From positions 13,001 to 77,000 of the forward strand of contig CAZALI010000002.1 of NCBI GenBank assembly GCA_964486215.1: a stretch of 64,000 bases of DNA, read 5' to 3'. Position 1 is the first letter of the stretch; each line of letters starts with the position of its first letter. This document shows positions 26,551-35,075 of this stretch, piece after piece. The notes beneath the pieces are model-generated. The model was not told where the DNA came from and did not search any database. It saw nothing but the letters and a program-made list of their open reading frames with translations. The position numbers were made by a program, and so were the translations under genes. The DNA is from an uncultured Muribaculaceae bacterium (lineage in GTDB: Bacteria; Bacillota_I; Bacilli_A; RF39; UBA660).

Positions 26551-26605
26551 ATAAATATTATTTTATTATTGTTATGATATAATGAATATGATAGGAGATG
26601 CAGAT

Positions 26606-28120
26606 ATGAGACAACATTATAAAATTATGTTTTTTTCTTCTTTGATGCTAATGTTTATTTTCATATGTGGTATTTATTTTACAAAAAATATGGAACCTAG
26701 TTATGCTGTTGAAGAAGATTCCGAAATTCCAGAAAATACATTTACTTCAAATATTAATAATAATTCGGTTACTAATTATGTAAAAGAAGCTTTAACTTCT
26801 AGTGGGACTTCTTCTAATTTTTCTGATAGTTTTGCAGTTCCTTCTAATATGAAGATTAATAATAGTAGTACACCTCTATATAAACTTTCTAAAAATTATG
26901 ATACACCTACAGTTACAGAACAATTTGAACTTATTAATGTAAATCCTACTAGTATTACTGACAAAGGTCTTGCATATATATTGTCACATGGATATGTTCC
27001 GTCTAATACTAATCATGATATTTTTTCTACTGGAACTTATGGATCTGTTAGTAATAGTAGTATAAAACAATATATTACTCAGGTAGCTCTTTGGTTATAT
27101 ATATATGAAAAGAAGAGTAGTTTTACTACTACTTATTGTGCTAATAATGGTTGTGATTTTTTAAATACTAGTGGAACTGCTGTTACAGCTACATCTGTAA
27201 GAGATTTAATATCTACGGCAGCTAATGCTTCTAATTTTAAATATTTAAATTATATTAATTTATTAGTTGATAAAGCTAAGAGTTATAGTGGTGATCAATC
27301 TTCTCAAATTAGTTTAAATGGAACATCTTTAGAATATCAAATTAATCCTAAATATACTTTATTAGTTACAGATACTGTTACTCCAACTATTACTTCAAAT
27401 AAAGATAATTTTATGTATTATTCTGTAGAGATAGATGATCCAAATAATTATGGAGTTTATATAGTAGATAAAAATAATAAACGTATTACTAATTTAGATG
27501 ATGTTAATGGTGCATTTAAGATTGCTATTCCTCTAAAAGAAGATATTACTACTATGGATTTAAGTAGTATTGAAATTCATGTATTAGGACACTTTATTCG
27601 TGATAAGGGACTTGCTTATAGAGTTACTTCTAAAACTACTGGAGAACTTACAAAACATGATATTTTCTCTGATGTATTATTAGGATATGTTCCTACAGAG
27701 GTAGTTGAAGATAGTATTACTTTATATAACTTTGTTAAGATTAGTAAAATTGATGTTACTAATTCTTCTGAACTGCCTGGAGCTACTTTAGAAATTACAA
27801 ATAAGTCTGATGAATCTAAAAAATATACTTGGATTTCTTCTGCAACTCCATATTATATTTATTTAGAAGATGGAGATTATTCTTTATGTGAAACATTAGC
27901 TCCACAAGGATATTCTTTAAATAAGAATTGTATTGACTTTACTGTTGATAATACAAAGATTGTTTCTGTAACTATGGAAAATAAACCATATGTTGCTAGT
28001 GTACCAAATACTGGTTTATTTATATCTAAAATTGCCTTTTATCTTGGTATTATATCTTTATTAGTAGGTCTTATGATAGTTGGAATAATATTTGTTACAA
28101 AAGAAAAGAAATCAGTTTAA
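26606..28120 (+). CDS. Cell-wall-anchored surface protein: TQXA-like domain + SpaA/Cna-B-type domain + VPNTG sorting signal
   Basis: TAGGAG RBS before ATG 26606. GLAYILSHGY...YITQVALW (TQ at 27077). Cna-B-like segment KIDVTNSSELPGATLEI...CETLAPQGY. VPNTG (28001-28015) + TM + KEKK tail. Confidence 0.75.
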   Translation: MRQHYKIMFFSSLMLMFIFICGIYFTKNMEPSYAVEEDSEIPENTFTSNINNNSVTNYVKEALTSSGTSSNFSDSFAVPSNMKINNSSTPLYKLSKNYDTPTVTEQFELINVNPTSITDKGLAYILSHGYVPSNTNHDIFSTGTYGSVSNSSIKQYITQVALWLYIYEKKSSFTTTYCANNGCDFLNTSGTAVTATSVRDLISTAANASNFKYLNYINLLVDKAKSYSGDQSSQISLNGTSLEYQINPKYTLLVTDTVTPTITSNKDNFMYYSVEIDDPNNYGVYIVDKNNKRITNLDDVNGAFKIAIPLKEDITTMDLSSIEIHVLGHFIRDKGLAYRVTSKTTGELTKHDIFSDVLLGYVPTEVVEDSITLYNFVKISKIDVTNSSELPGATLEITNKSDESKKYTWISSATPYYIYLEDGDYSLCETLAPQGYSLNKNCIDFTVDNTKIVSVTMENKPYVASVPNTGLFISKIAFYLGIISLLVGLMIVGIIFVTKEKKSV

Positions 28121-28180
28121 GATTTCTTTTTCTTTCACTAATAAATATGATAAAATTAGGTTATGATAGGAGGCTAAATT

Positions 28181-28729
28181 ATGTGGGTATATATTGTACT
28201 TATAATTATTGTTTTAATTATTATTTATGTTTTTGCTTTATATAATAGCTTTATAAAATTAAATAATAAAGTTAAAGAAGCTTTTTCTACTATGGATGTT
28301 TATCTAAAGAAAAGATGGGATTTAATACCTAGTTTAGTAGAAACAGTTAGGGGATATGCTAAACATGAAAAAGATACTTTAGAAGAAGTTACAAATTTAA
28401 GAAAAAGTACTTATGACAAAATGTCTGTTGATGAAAAGATAAAAGCGAATGAACAGTTATCTAATGATATTAGTAAAATTATGCTTTTAGCAGAAGCTTA
28501 TCCTGATTTAAAAGCAAGTGAAAATTTTAAGAAATTAGGAGATCAACTTACACAAGTAGAAGATGAAATAGCTAATTCTAGAAAATACTATAATGGTACT
28601 GTTAGAATCTATAATAATAAAGTTGAAATGTTTCCTAGTAATATTTTCGCAGGAATATTTGGTTATAAAACAAAGGCAATGTTTGAAGCAAATGCTGATG
28701 AGAGAGAAAATATAAAAGTTGATTTATAG
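28181..28729 (+). CDS. lemA: LemA family protein
   Basis: N-terminal TM and the typical LemA sequence (YNSFIKLNNKVKEAFSTMDVYLKKRWDLIP...). Confidence 0.9.
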   Translation: MWVYIVLIIIVLIIIYVFALYNSFIKLNNKVKEAFSTMDVYLKKRWDLIPSLVETVRGYAKHEKDTLEEVTNLRKSTYDKMSVDEKIKANEQLSNDISKIMLLAEAYPDLKASENFKKLGDQLTQVEDEIANSRKYYNGTVRIYNNKVEMFPSNIFAGIFGYKTKAMFEANADERENIKVDL

Positions 28730-28737
28730 GAGGCATT

Positions 28738-30708
28738 ATGAAGAGATTATTGATAGTAATAAGTTTTTTATTTATATTAATTGCTTATCCGTTAGATGTT
28801 TTGGCATTACCTGATTATAGTAATGATAGTTTTGGAAGTCGTTATTCTGATTACGAATATATTATCAATGAATATGATATTGATATGGTTGTGAATGAGA
28901 ATAATACTTTTGATATAACTGAGAAAATTAAAGTCTACTTCAATGAAGAAAAGCATGGTATATTTAGAAGTATTCCATTAAAGAATGAAATAGAAAGACT
29001 TGATGGTAGTTCTTCTACTAATCATGCTAGAGTAACAAATGTAGATGTTGATACAAGGTATAGTACTTATAAAGAAGATGGCAATTATGTAATAAAAATA
29101 GGTTCACCAAGTAAAACTTTGACTGGTAGTAAAACTTATACTATTAAATATACATATAATATAGGTAAAGATCCACTTAAGGATGCAGATGAATTATATT
29201 ATAATTTAATAGGACCTGAATGGGATACAGTAATAGAAAATGTTACCTTTTCTATAAAAATGCCTAAAGAATTTGATTATACTAAATTAGGATTTTCAGT
29301 TGGAGATGTTGGTTCTTCTGACAGTAGTGGTATTGAATATAGTGTTGATGGGAATACAATTGTAGGAAGTTATGATGATGAATTAGAGGAGGGAGATGCT
29401 TTAACTGTTAGATGCGAATTACCTGATGGGTATTTTGTGGGAGCAGGTTTTCCTCTTAATTTTGTAAATTATATAGCTCTTATACTTCCGGTATTATTCT
29501 TATTAATATCTTGGTTATTGTGGAATAAATTTGGTAAAGATGATCAGATAGTTGATACTGTTGAATTTTATCCACCAAAAGATTTTAATAGTTTAGAGGT
29601 TGGTTTCTTATATAATGGAAAAGCAGATTCTACTGATGTAGTTTCTTTACTAATATATTTAGCTAATAAAGGTTATATAAAAATTTCTGAGTTTGAAGAA
29701 AAATCATTATTTTCAAAAACTAAAGGTTTTAAGATTACTAAGTTAAAAGATTATGATGGTAATAATGTCAATGAGCGTATGTTTTTAAGTGGATTATTTA
29801 AAAAAACTTCTTTAGATGAATATGGTGAAAAAATTCCAGGTAGTAAGGAGACTAATGTTAATGAAGTTACGAAAGATGACTTATATGATAGCTTTTATGT
29901 AACTATGGATAAAATATTAGAAAATATTAATGACTCTAAAAATGTAAGTAGAATTTTTGATAAGAAAGCATCAAAGATGAAAGCTCCAGTTATCTTGATG
30001 ATTATTGCTACTTATTTGTTGATTACTATACCTCCTTTACTTGATGATCCATCTGCAATGGTTTTTGCAGTGCTATTTTCAGGAATTGCTCTTTTTGTGT
30101 TCTATGCTACGATTTTAGGACTTATAGAAAATAAATTAAGCGTTGGTTCTAGTATTTTCTTGATAGTAATGATATCTATATGGTGTTTAGGTTTTGGTGG
30201 AGCTCCTTTTGTTATATGGCTATTACCAGCATTAATGCAAAATACAGTATATTTAATTAGTTATATTATTGGTATGATTTGTATAGTTGGTATGACTATA
30301 TGCTCTAGGTTTTTACCAAAGAGAACTCCTTATGGTAATGAAATACTAGGTAAGCTTAGAGGTTTTAAAAACTTCTTAGAAACAGCTGAAAAAGATCAAT
30401 TAGAGTCATTGGTTGATAAGGATCCTGAATATTTCTATAATATTTTACCTTATACATATGTTTTAGGTGTTTCAGATAAATGGGTTAAGAACTTTGAATC
30501 TATATCTTTAAAAGCACCATCTTGGTATGATAGTTCTGATACTTTCGATGTAAATAATTTTGGAACATTTATGAATTCTACAATGTCTTCTGCAACAAGT
30601 TATATGTCATCAAGTCCATCTAGCGGTTCTGATGGTGGATCATCAGGAGGATCAGGAGGTGGATCATCAGGAGGTGGCTCCGGTGGAGGAGGCGGTGGCT
30701 CTTGGTAG
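28738..30708 (+). CDS. DUF2207-domain membrane protein with a Gly/Ser-rich C-terminus
   Basis: Signal peptide, large ectodomain, multi-TM region, C-terminal GGSSGGSGGGSSGGGSGGGGGGSW. It sits in the classic position after lemA. Confidence 0.85.
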   Translation: MKRLLIVISFLFILIAYPLDVLALPDYSNDSFGSRYSDYEYIINEYDIDMVVNENNTFDITEKIKVYFNEEKHGIFRSIPLKNEIERLDGSSSTNHARVTNVDVDTRYSTYKEDGNYVIKIGSPSKTLTGSKTYTIKYTYNIGKDPLKDADELYYNLIGPEWDTVIENVTFSIKMPKEFDYTKLGFSVGDVGSSDSSGIEYSVDGNTIVGSYDDELEEGDALTVRCELPDGYFVGAGFPLNFVNYIALILPVLFLLISWLLWNKFGKDDQIVDTVEFYPPKDFNSLEVGFLYNGKADSTDVVSLLIYLANKGYIKISEFEEKSLFSKTKGFKITKLKDYDGNNVNERMFLSGLFKKTSLDEYGEKIPGSKETNVNEVTKDDLYDSFYVTMDKILENINDSKNVSRIFDKKASKMKAPVILMIIATYLLITIPPLLDDPSAMVFAVLFSGIALFVFYATILGLIENKLSVGSSIFLIVMISIWCLGFGGAPFVIWLLPALMQNTVYLISYIIGMICIVGMTICSRFLPKRTPYGNEILGKLRGFKNFLETAEKDQLESLVDKDPEYFYNILPYTYVLGVSDKWVKNFESISLKAPSWYDSSDTFDVNNFGTFMNSTMSSATSYMSSSPSSGSDGGSSGGSGGGSSGGGSGGGGGGSW

Positions 30709-30729
30709 TCACTTTAGAAAGTAAGAATT

Positions 30730-31320
30730 ATGGATACTATCAAATGCAATAATTGTGGTCATGATAATAAGAGTACAAATGATAGATGCGAAGTTTGTGG
30801 TGAAGAGCTAAGACCAGTCGGTAATTTTTTGAATGTCGACTATTCTCAAGATAAAAGCAAGGAGATTAATTTGGATGGCAAGAAAACAAATTTTGGTCTT
30901 TTTATCTTTTTGTTATTTATTAATTTTCCATTTATTTTATGTGCCTTAGCTTTTATTGCTATTGCATCATATACTATCATAACTGATAATCAAAAATCAG
31001 TTAATTATCTTGAAACTGAGGCTAAACTTGTAGGTTATGATAATTGTGACGATACATGCGAAGCTATATATGAATATGAAGTTGATGGTGTTACTTACGA
31101 AGCTTCTCCTATTATGTCTGCTAATCGTGATTTTTTTAAAAAAACTACAACTGTAAAGTATGATCCAAATAAGCCTAGTGAATATGTTATGGATTATGGC
31201 GTTATTATATTTGTATTTGTTGGAATAGGAGTTTTGTTATTTGTATTTGTAGAATTCATTGCAGTTAAATTAGCTACAAAGAAATGGTCTAAATCTAATG
31301 TGGAAAATGTAAAAGTATAG
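30730..31320 (+). CDS. Zinc-ribbon + DUF3592-like membrane protein
   Basis: CNNCGH...CEVCG ribbon, a TM helix, an ectodomain (YEYEVDGVTYEASP) and a C-terminal TM helix. Confidence 0.65.
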   Translation: MDTIKCNNCGHDNKSTNDRCEVCGEELRPVGNFLNVDYSQDKSKEINLDGKKTNFGLFIFLLFINFPFILCALAFIAIASYTIITDNQKSVNYLETEAKLVGYDNCDDTCEAIYEYEVDGVTYEASPIMSANRDFFKKTTTVKYDPNKPSEYVMDYGVIIFVFVGIGVLLFVFVEFIAVKLATKKWSKSNVENVKV

Positions 31321-31339
31321 TAATGTGAGGAGATTATAT

Positions 31340-31732
31340 ATGAAAGAATTTGAGACTTCTAAGAATATATCAACTGTTTGTTATATAATAGGAGTTCTTG
31401 CAGCTTTATATGGATTGATATTAGGTTTGAAGAATATTGGAGGACTAGGAATCATTTTTGTTATTCCATCAGCAGTTGCTTTAATTATTATTTCACTTGA
31501 TTATGGGATAATTATAGCAACTGACAAAGTAAATGGTGCATTAGGGTATTCTATTATTAGTAGCTTAATTAAAGTAGGATGTATTATTTCGCTTATTTCG
31601 GAAGGTGATTATTTTGCTTTAATACTTATTATTTTGCTTATAGTAGTATTAATTCCTTCTTTTTTCAATACAATAAGATTACTTTATTTGCGAGGCAAAG
31701 GGACTGATAATAGTTCTGAGAATATTTTATAA
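31340..31732 (+). CDS. Small polytopic membrane protein, hypothetical
   Basis: GAGGAG RBS before ATG 31340. Four hydrophobic helices. Confidence 0.55.
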   Translation: MKEFETSKNISTVCYIIGVLAALYGLILGLKNIGGLGIIFVIPSAVALIIISLDYGIIIATDKVNGALGYSIISSLIKVGCIISLISEGDYFALILIILLIVVLIPSFFNTIRLLYLRGKGTDNSSENIL

Positions 31733-31734
31733 TT

Positions 31735-31762
31735 AAAAAGAGCTTAAAAAAGCTCTTTTTTT
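31735..31762. terminator. Bidirectional intrinsic terminator
   Basis: Stem AAAGAGCTT / AAGCTCTTT flanked by an A-run and a T-run, between convergent genes. Confidence 0.75.
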
Positions 31763-31862
31763 CTTTGGAGCAATAGTCGAATGTTCTTTCAACTACTGCA
31801 AGATTAGATTGATGAATCAATTTCCTAAATATATAATACTAATTTTTATATATGCATGTTAA

Positions 31863-32168
31863 TCATTTTGCACTTGTTTCTCTAATCCATTTTTGAGGTG
31901 ATATTTTAAACTTATTGCTACCAGCTTCATTTTTAAACGTGTCGAATTCGACACCTTTGAAATCTTCATTATGAATGCTTTCCCATAAACCTAGATAAGA
32001 AATAACATCTTTGTTTCTCATCCAGTTTTGAATAGGATATCTTGGATCATCTTCATCAGCATATCTTGCTAAATCCGTTAAAGAAATATAATCTTTGCCA
32101 TCAACTCTTATTACATTAATAACTTTGTCTTTTACAAATATTTGTGCTTTTATTTCATCCTTACTCAT
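31863..32168 (-). CDS. KilA-N domain protein (short, possibly a C-terminally truncated remnant)
   Basis: ISLTDLARY...IQNWMRNKDVISYLGLWESIHNEDFKGVEFD...KISPQKWI matches the KilA-N DNA-binding domain seen in phage and mobile-element proteins. Only 101 aa. Confidence 0.6.
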   Translation of the reverse strand: MSKDEIKAQIFVKDKVINVIRVDGKDYISLTDLARYADEDDPRYPIQNWMRNKDVISYLGLWESIHNEDFKGVEFDTFKNEAGSNKFKISPQKWIRETSAK

Positions 32169-32247
32169 TTTTTATAATCGTAGTCAATAGTATACATTAT
32201 ATATAAAATAAAAGTTACAATACATTGTACCGTAACCTGTTTTCAAA

Positions 32248-32322
32248 TGGAGCAGATGAGCGGAATCGAACCGCCATCTAAGCCTTGGGAAGGCCTCGTA
32301 CTAACCGGTATACTACATCTGC
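32248..32322 (-). tRNA. tRNA-Gly (anticodon CCC)
   Basis: The reverse complement folds as a cloverleaf: acceptor GCAGATG/CATCTGC, anticodon loop TTCCCAA, T-loop GGTTCGATTCC, encoded CCA. Confidence 0.9.
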
Positions 32323-32375
32323 ATATTTGTATTATAACATAAAAAAATACATCAAATGATGTATTTGATTTTTTA

Positions 32376-32450
32376 TGGAGCAAACGAGGGGAATTGAACC
32401 CCCATCGCAGCCTTGGCAAGGCCGTATTCTAACCATTGAACCACGTTTGC
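32376..32450 (-). tRNA. tRNA-Gly (anticodon GCC)
   Basis: Reverse complement GCAAACG...CGTTTGC acceptor, anticodon loop TTGCCAA, T-loop GGTTCAATTCC, encoded CCA. Confidence 0.9.
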
Positions 32451-32536
32451 GGATTACATAAATTATTATAACATGAAAAAATATAATTTCAAGGAAAATA
32501 TGTTATAATTGTTTTGCCAAGGGCGATGGAGGTTAT

Positions 32537-33151
32537 ATGAATATAAGTATTAATACTCAAAGTAGTATAAAGATAGGTAATATTTATTTTGATCCATATC
32601 TAAGAAGAGAAGAAGTACATGATGCAGATATTATTTTTATAACACATTCTCATTATGATCATTTTGATATTAATAGTATCAATAATATTAAGAATGATAA
32701 TACTATTATTGTTGTACCTGACGATAAAGAAATTTTAAATAATTTGAATTTTGATGAGAACAATATTCTTATAGTTAAACCTAATAATAATTATGAAGTT
32801 CATGGTATTAAGTTTAGTACTGTACCTAGTTATAATATTAATAAACCATTTCATAAATACGAATATGGATGGGTTGGATATGTTATAAATATTTCTGATA
32901 CTACTTATTATGTAATGGGTGATACTGATTTAATAGATGAAGCTAAGAGTGTAATATGTGACTATCTTTTTATACCAATAGGCGGAACTTATACTATGGA
33001 TTATAAAGAAGCTAGTACTTTATGTAATATTATTAAACCTAAGATTGTAACACCAATTCACTACGGAAGTATTGTTGGTAAAATAGAAGATGGTTATAGT
33101 TTTAAAGAATTAGTTAATTCAGATATAGAAGTTAATTTAATATTAAAATAA
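32537..33151 (+). CDS. MBL-fold metallo-hydrolase
   Basis: HxHxDH motif (ITHSHYDHFD). ~200 aa beta-lactamase-fold pattern. Confidence 0.85.
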   Translation: MNISINTQSSIKIGNIYFDPYLRREEVHDADIIFITHSHYDHFDINSINNIKNDNTIIVVPDDKEILNNLNFDENNILIVKPNNNYEVHGIKFSTVPSYNINKPFHKYEYGWVGYVINISDTTYYVMGDTDLIDEAKSVICDYLFIPIGGTYTMDYKEASTLCNIIKPKIVTPIHYGSIVGKIEDGYSFKELVNSDIEVNLILK

Positions 33152-33166
33152 AAACAAGGCTAATAA

Positions 33167-34279
33167 TTAGCCTTGTTTTGTTAATACAGAATTTATCTTA
33201 TGATATATTCTTTCTAATTCTTCACTATATTCTTCTTGAAGATGATTATATTTTTTTATATCCATTTTTTCACTATTAATTAGAGCATATGTCTTATTAA
33301 TTAATTCATTTAATCTTATGAAGTTATTTTCTCCAATAGCATATTTTATATAACTTGGATTATTCTCAATAACAGATTTTTTTAGTTCCTCTGGTATTAA
33401 GTCTACTAATGGAGTAACAATATCTTTTAACTCAGTAGGAGTATGTTTATTAGAATCTTTTCTAGTACATTTATCTTTTTCTTCACACATATAAGTATAG
33501 TTCATATGAAGATAACTTCTAGCTTCATCAGCTATAATATCAGTTAATATTTCATTGAATAATTCAAATTCTCTTTTTTCTTCATTATTCTCATCAATTA
33601 CTGTAACTTTATCTGGTTCAATACCAGTTATACCATCATTAGTACTAATAACATGACATAGTATATGAAGAAAAGCTAAATCATTTTCACCATGATTTTT
33701 TAATGTATATAAAACAGTATTTTCATTAACTATAAATACTATAGAATTATTATCAGTATATTCTTTATACTTTTCTTCTTTAGTATTTACTTTTTTATTT
33801 AGAATATTTTTAATACTATCTTTATATTCTTCTAATTCATTACGTAAATCTCTATATACTGATTTATTACTATTAATTAATCTTTGGATATTCTTACGAA
33901 AATATTTTCTGATATTATCATCTGGTTTATTAGTATTCATATCTTTCTTAGGATCAAATGTTAAATCTAGAGTTCTTAAATCTAGTCTTTTATCATCAAT
34001 TATACCCGAATTTTCAGTTCTATATTTATCATAAGATAAGCCCTGATAATTATAAAAAGTAATTTTTAAATCTTTAGTTTTACATTTAATTAGAAAATCA
34101 TAATAGTCTTTATATGTTTTATCTTTCATATAATAAACAATATTACAATTAGTTAATCTCTTTGTAATTATATCTTTATATTCATCACCAAAAGTAGAAG
34201 TAAATGCTTCTATAATATTTGGTATATATTTATCTAAATTTAAGTTTAAATTATTATCAAACATATTTCTTATCCTCAT
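33167..34279 (-). CDS. Hypothetical protein (370 aa, K/N/E/Y-rich)
   Basis: Long uninterrupted ORF with a hairpin terminator downstream. No recognisable domain. Confidence 0.6.
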   Translation of the reverse strand: MRIRNMFDNNLNLNLDKYIPNIIEAFTSTFGDEYKDIITKRLTNCNIVYYMKDKTYKDYYDFLIKCKTKDLKITFYNYQGLSYDKYRTENSGIIDDKRLDLRTLDLTFDPKKDMNTNKPDDNIRKYFRKNIQRLINSNKSVYRDLRNELEEYKDSIKNILNKKVNTKEEKYKEYTDNNSIVFIVNENTVLYTLKNHGENDLAFLHILCHVISTNDGITGIEPDKVTVIDENNEEKREFELFNEILTDIIADEARSYLHMNYTYMCEEKDKCTRKDSNKHTPTELKDIVTPLVDLIPEELKKSVIENNPSYIKYAIGENNFIRLNELINKTYALINSEKMDIKKYNHLQEEYSEELERIYHKINSVLTKQG

Positions 34280-34346
34280 ATATATTTTAACATATTTTTG
34301 TGTATTATATACTTAAATGTGATATAATTTTAATGAGGTATTTTCA

Positions 34347-35066
34347 ATGATAAAAAAAATAAATGACTTAAATATTAATTATATACAATATGGTAAAGGA
34401 AAAGATATAGTATTACTTCATGGATGGGGTCAGAATATAGAAATGATGCAATTCCTTGGAGATAGGCTTTGTGATAATCATCGTATTACTATTCTAGATT
34501 TACCTGGTTTTGGAAATAGTGAAGAGCCTCATAGTGATTGGTTTGTGAAAGATTATGTTAATTTAGTTCATGAACTAGTTAAAGAATTGAAAATAAAAAA
34601 GCCTATTATTATAGGACATTCTTTTGGTGGAAGAGTTGCGATTAAGTATTCTTCTTTATATGATGTTGAAAAAGTTGTATTATTTGGAGCTCCTTGTATT
34701 AGAAGAAATACAGAACTTGATTTTAAAACTAAGTTCTTAAAGAAATTAAAAACTCTACCTGGTATGGATAAAATAGGGGAATATATGAAACAATATATAG
34801 GTAGTAGAGATTATAAGGCAGCTAGTCCTGTTATGAGACAAACTTTAGTTAATACAGTTAATGAGAATTTAGAAGAAGATGCGAAAAAAATAGAAGTACC
34901 AACATTACTTATTTGGGGTACTAATGATACGGAAGCTCCTATAGAAGAAGCTCGTGAATTAGAAAAAATAATGAAAGATGCTGCATTAATAGAACTTCCT
35001 GGTACACATTATGCATATATAGAAAACTTAGATAGAGTAATAGCAATACTTAATAATTTTATTTAG
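34347..35066 (+). CDS. Alpha/beta-fold hydrolase
   Basis: HGWG oxyanion region and a GHSFGG nucleophile elbow. ~240 aa. Confidence 0.85.
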   Translation: MIKKINDLNINYIQYGKGKDIVLLHGWGQNIEMMQFLGDRLCDNHRITILDLPGFGNSEEPHSDWFVKDYVNLVHELVKELKIKKPIIIGHSFGGRVAIKYSSLYDVEKVVLFGAPCIRRNTELDFKTKFLKKLKTLPGMDKIGEYMKQYIGSRDYKAASPVMRQTLVNTVNENLEEDAKKIEVPTLLIWGTNDTEAPIEEARELEKIMKDAALIELPGTHYAYIENLDRVIAILNNFI

Positions 35067-35075
35067 GAGGTAGTT

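Noticed and set aside
31740-32540. Prophage or integrative element at the tRNA-Gly pair
   Set aside because: Only a single short KilA-N ORF is present. There is no integrase, no direct repeat of the tRNA 3' end that I could find, and the flanking genes are ordinary chromosomal genes.
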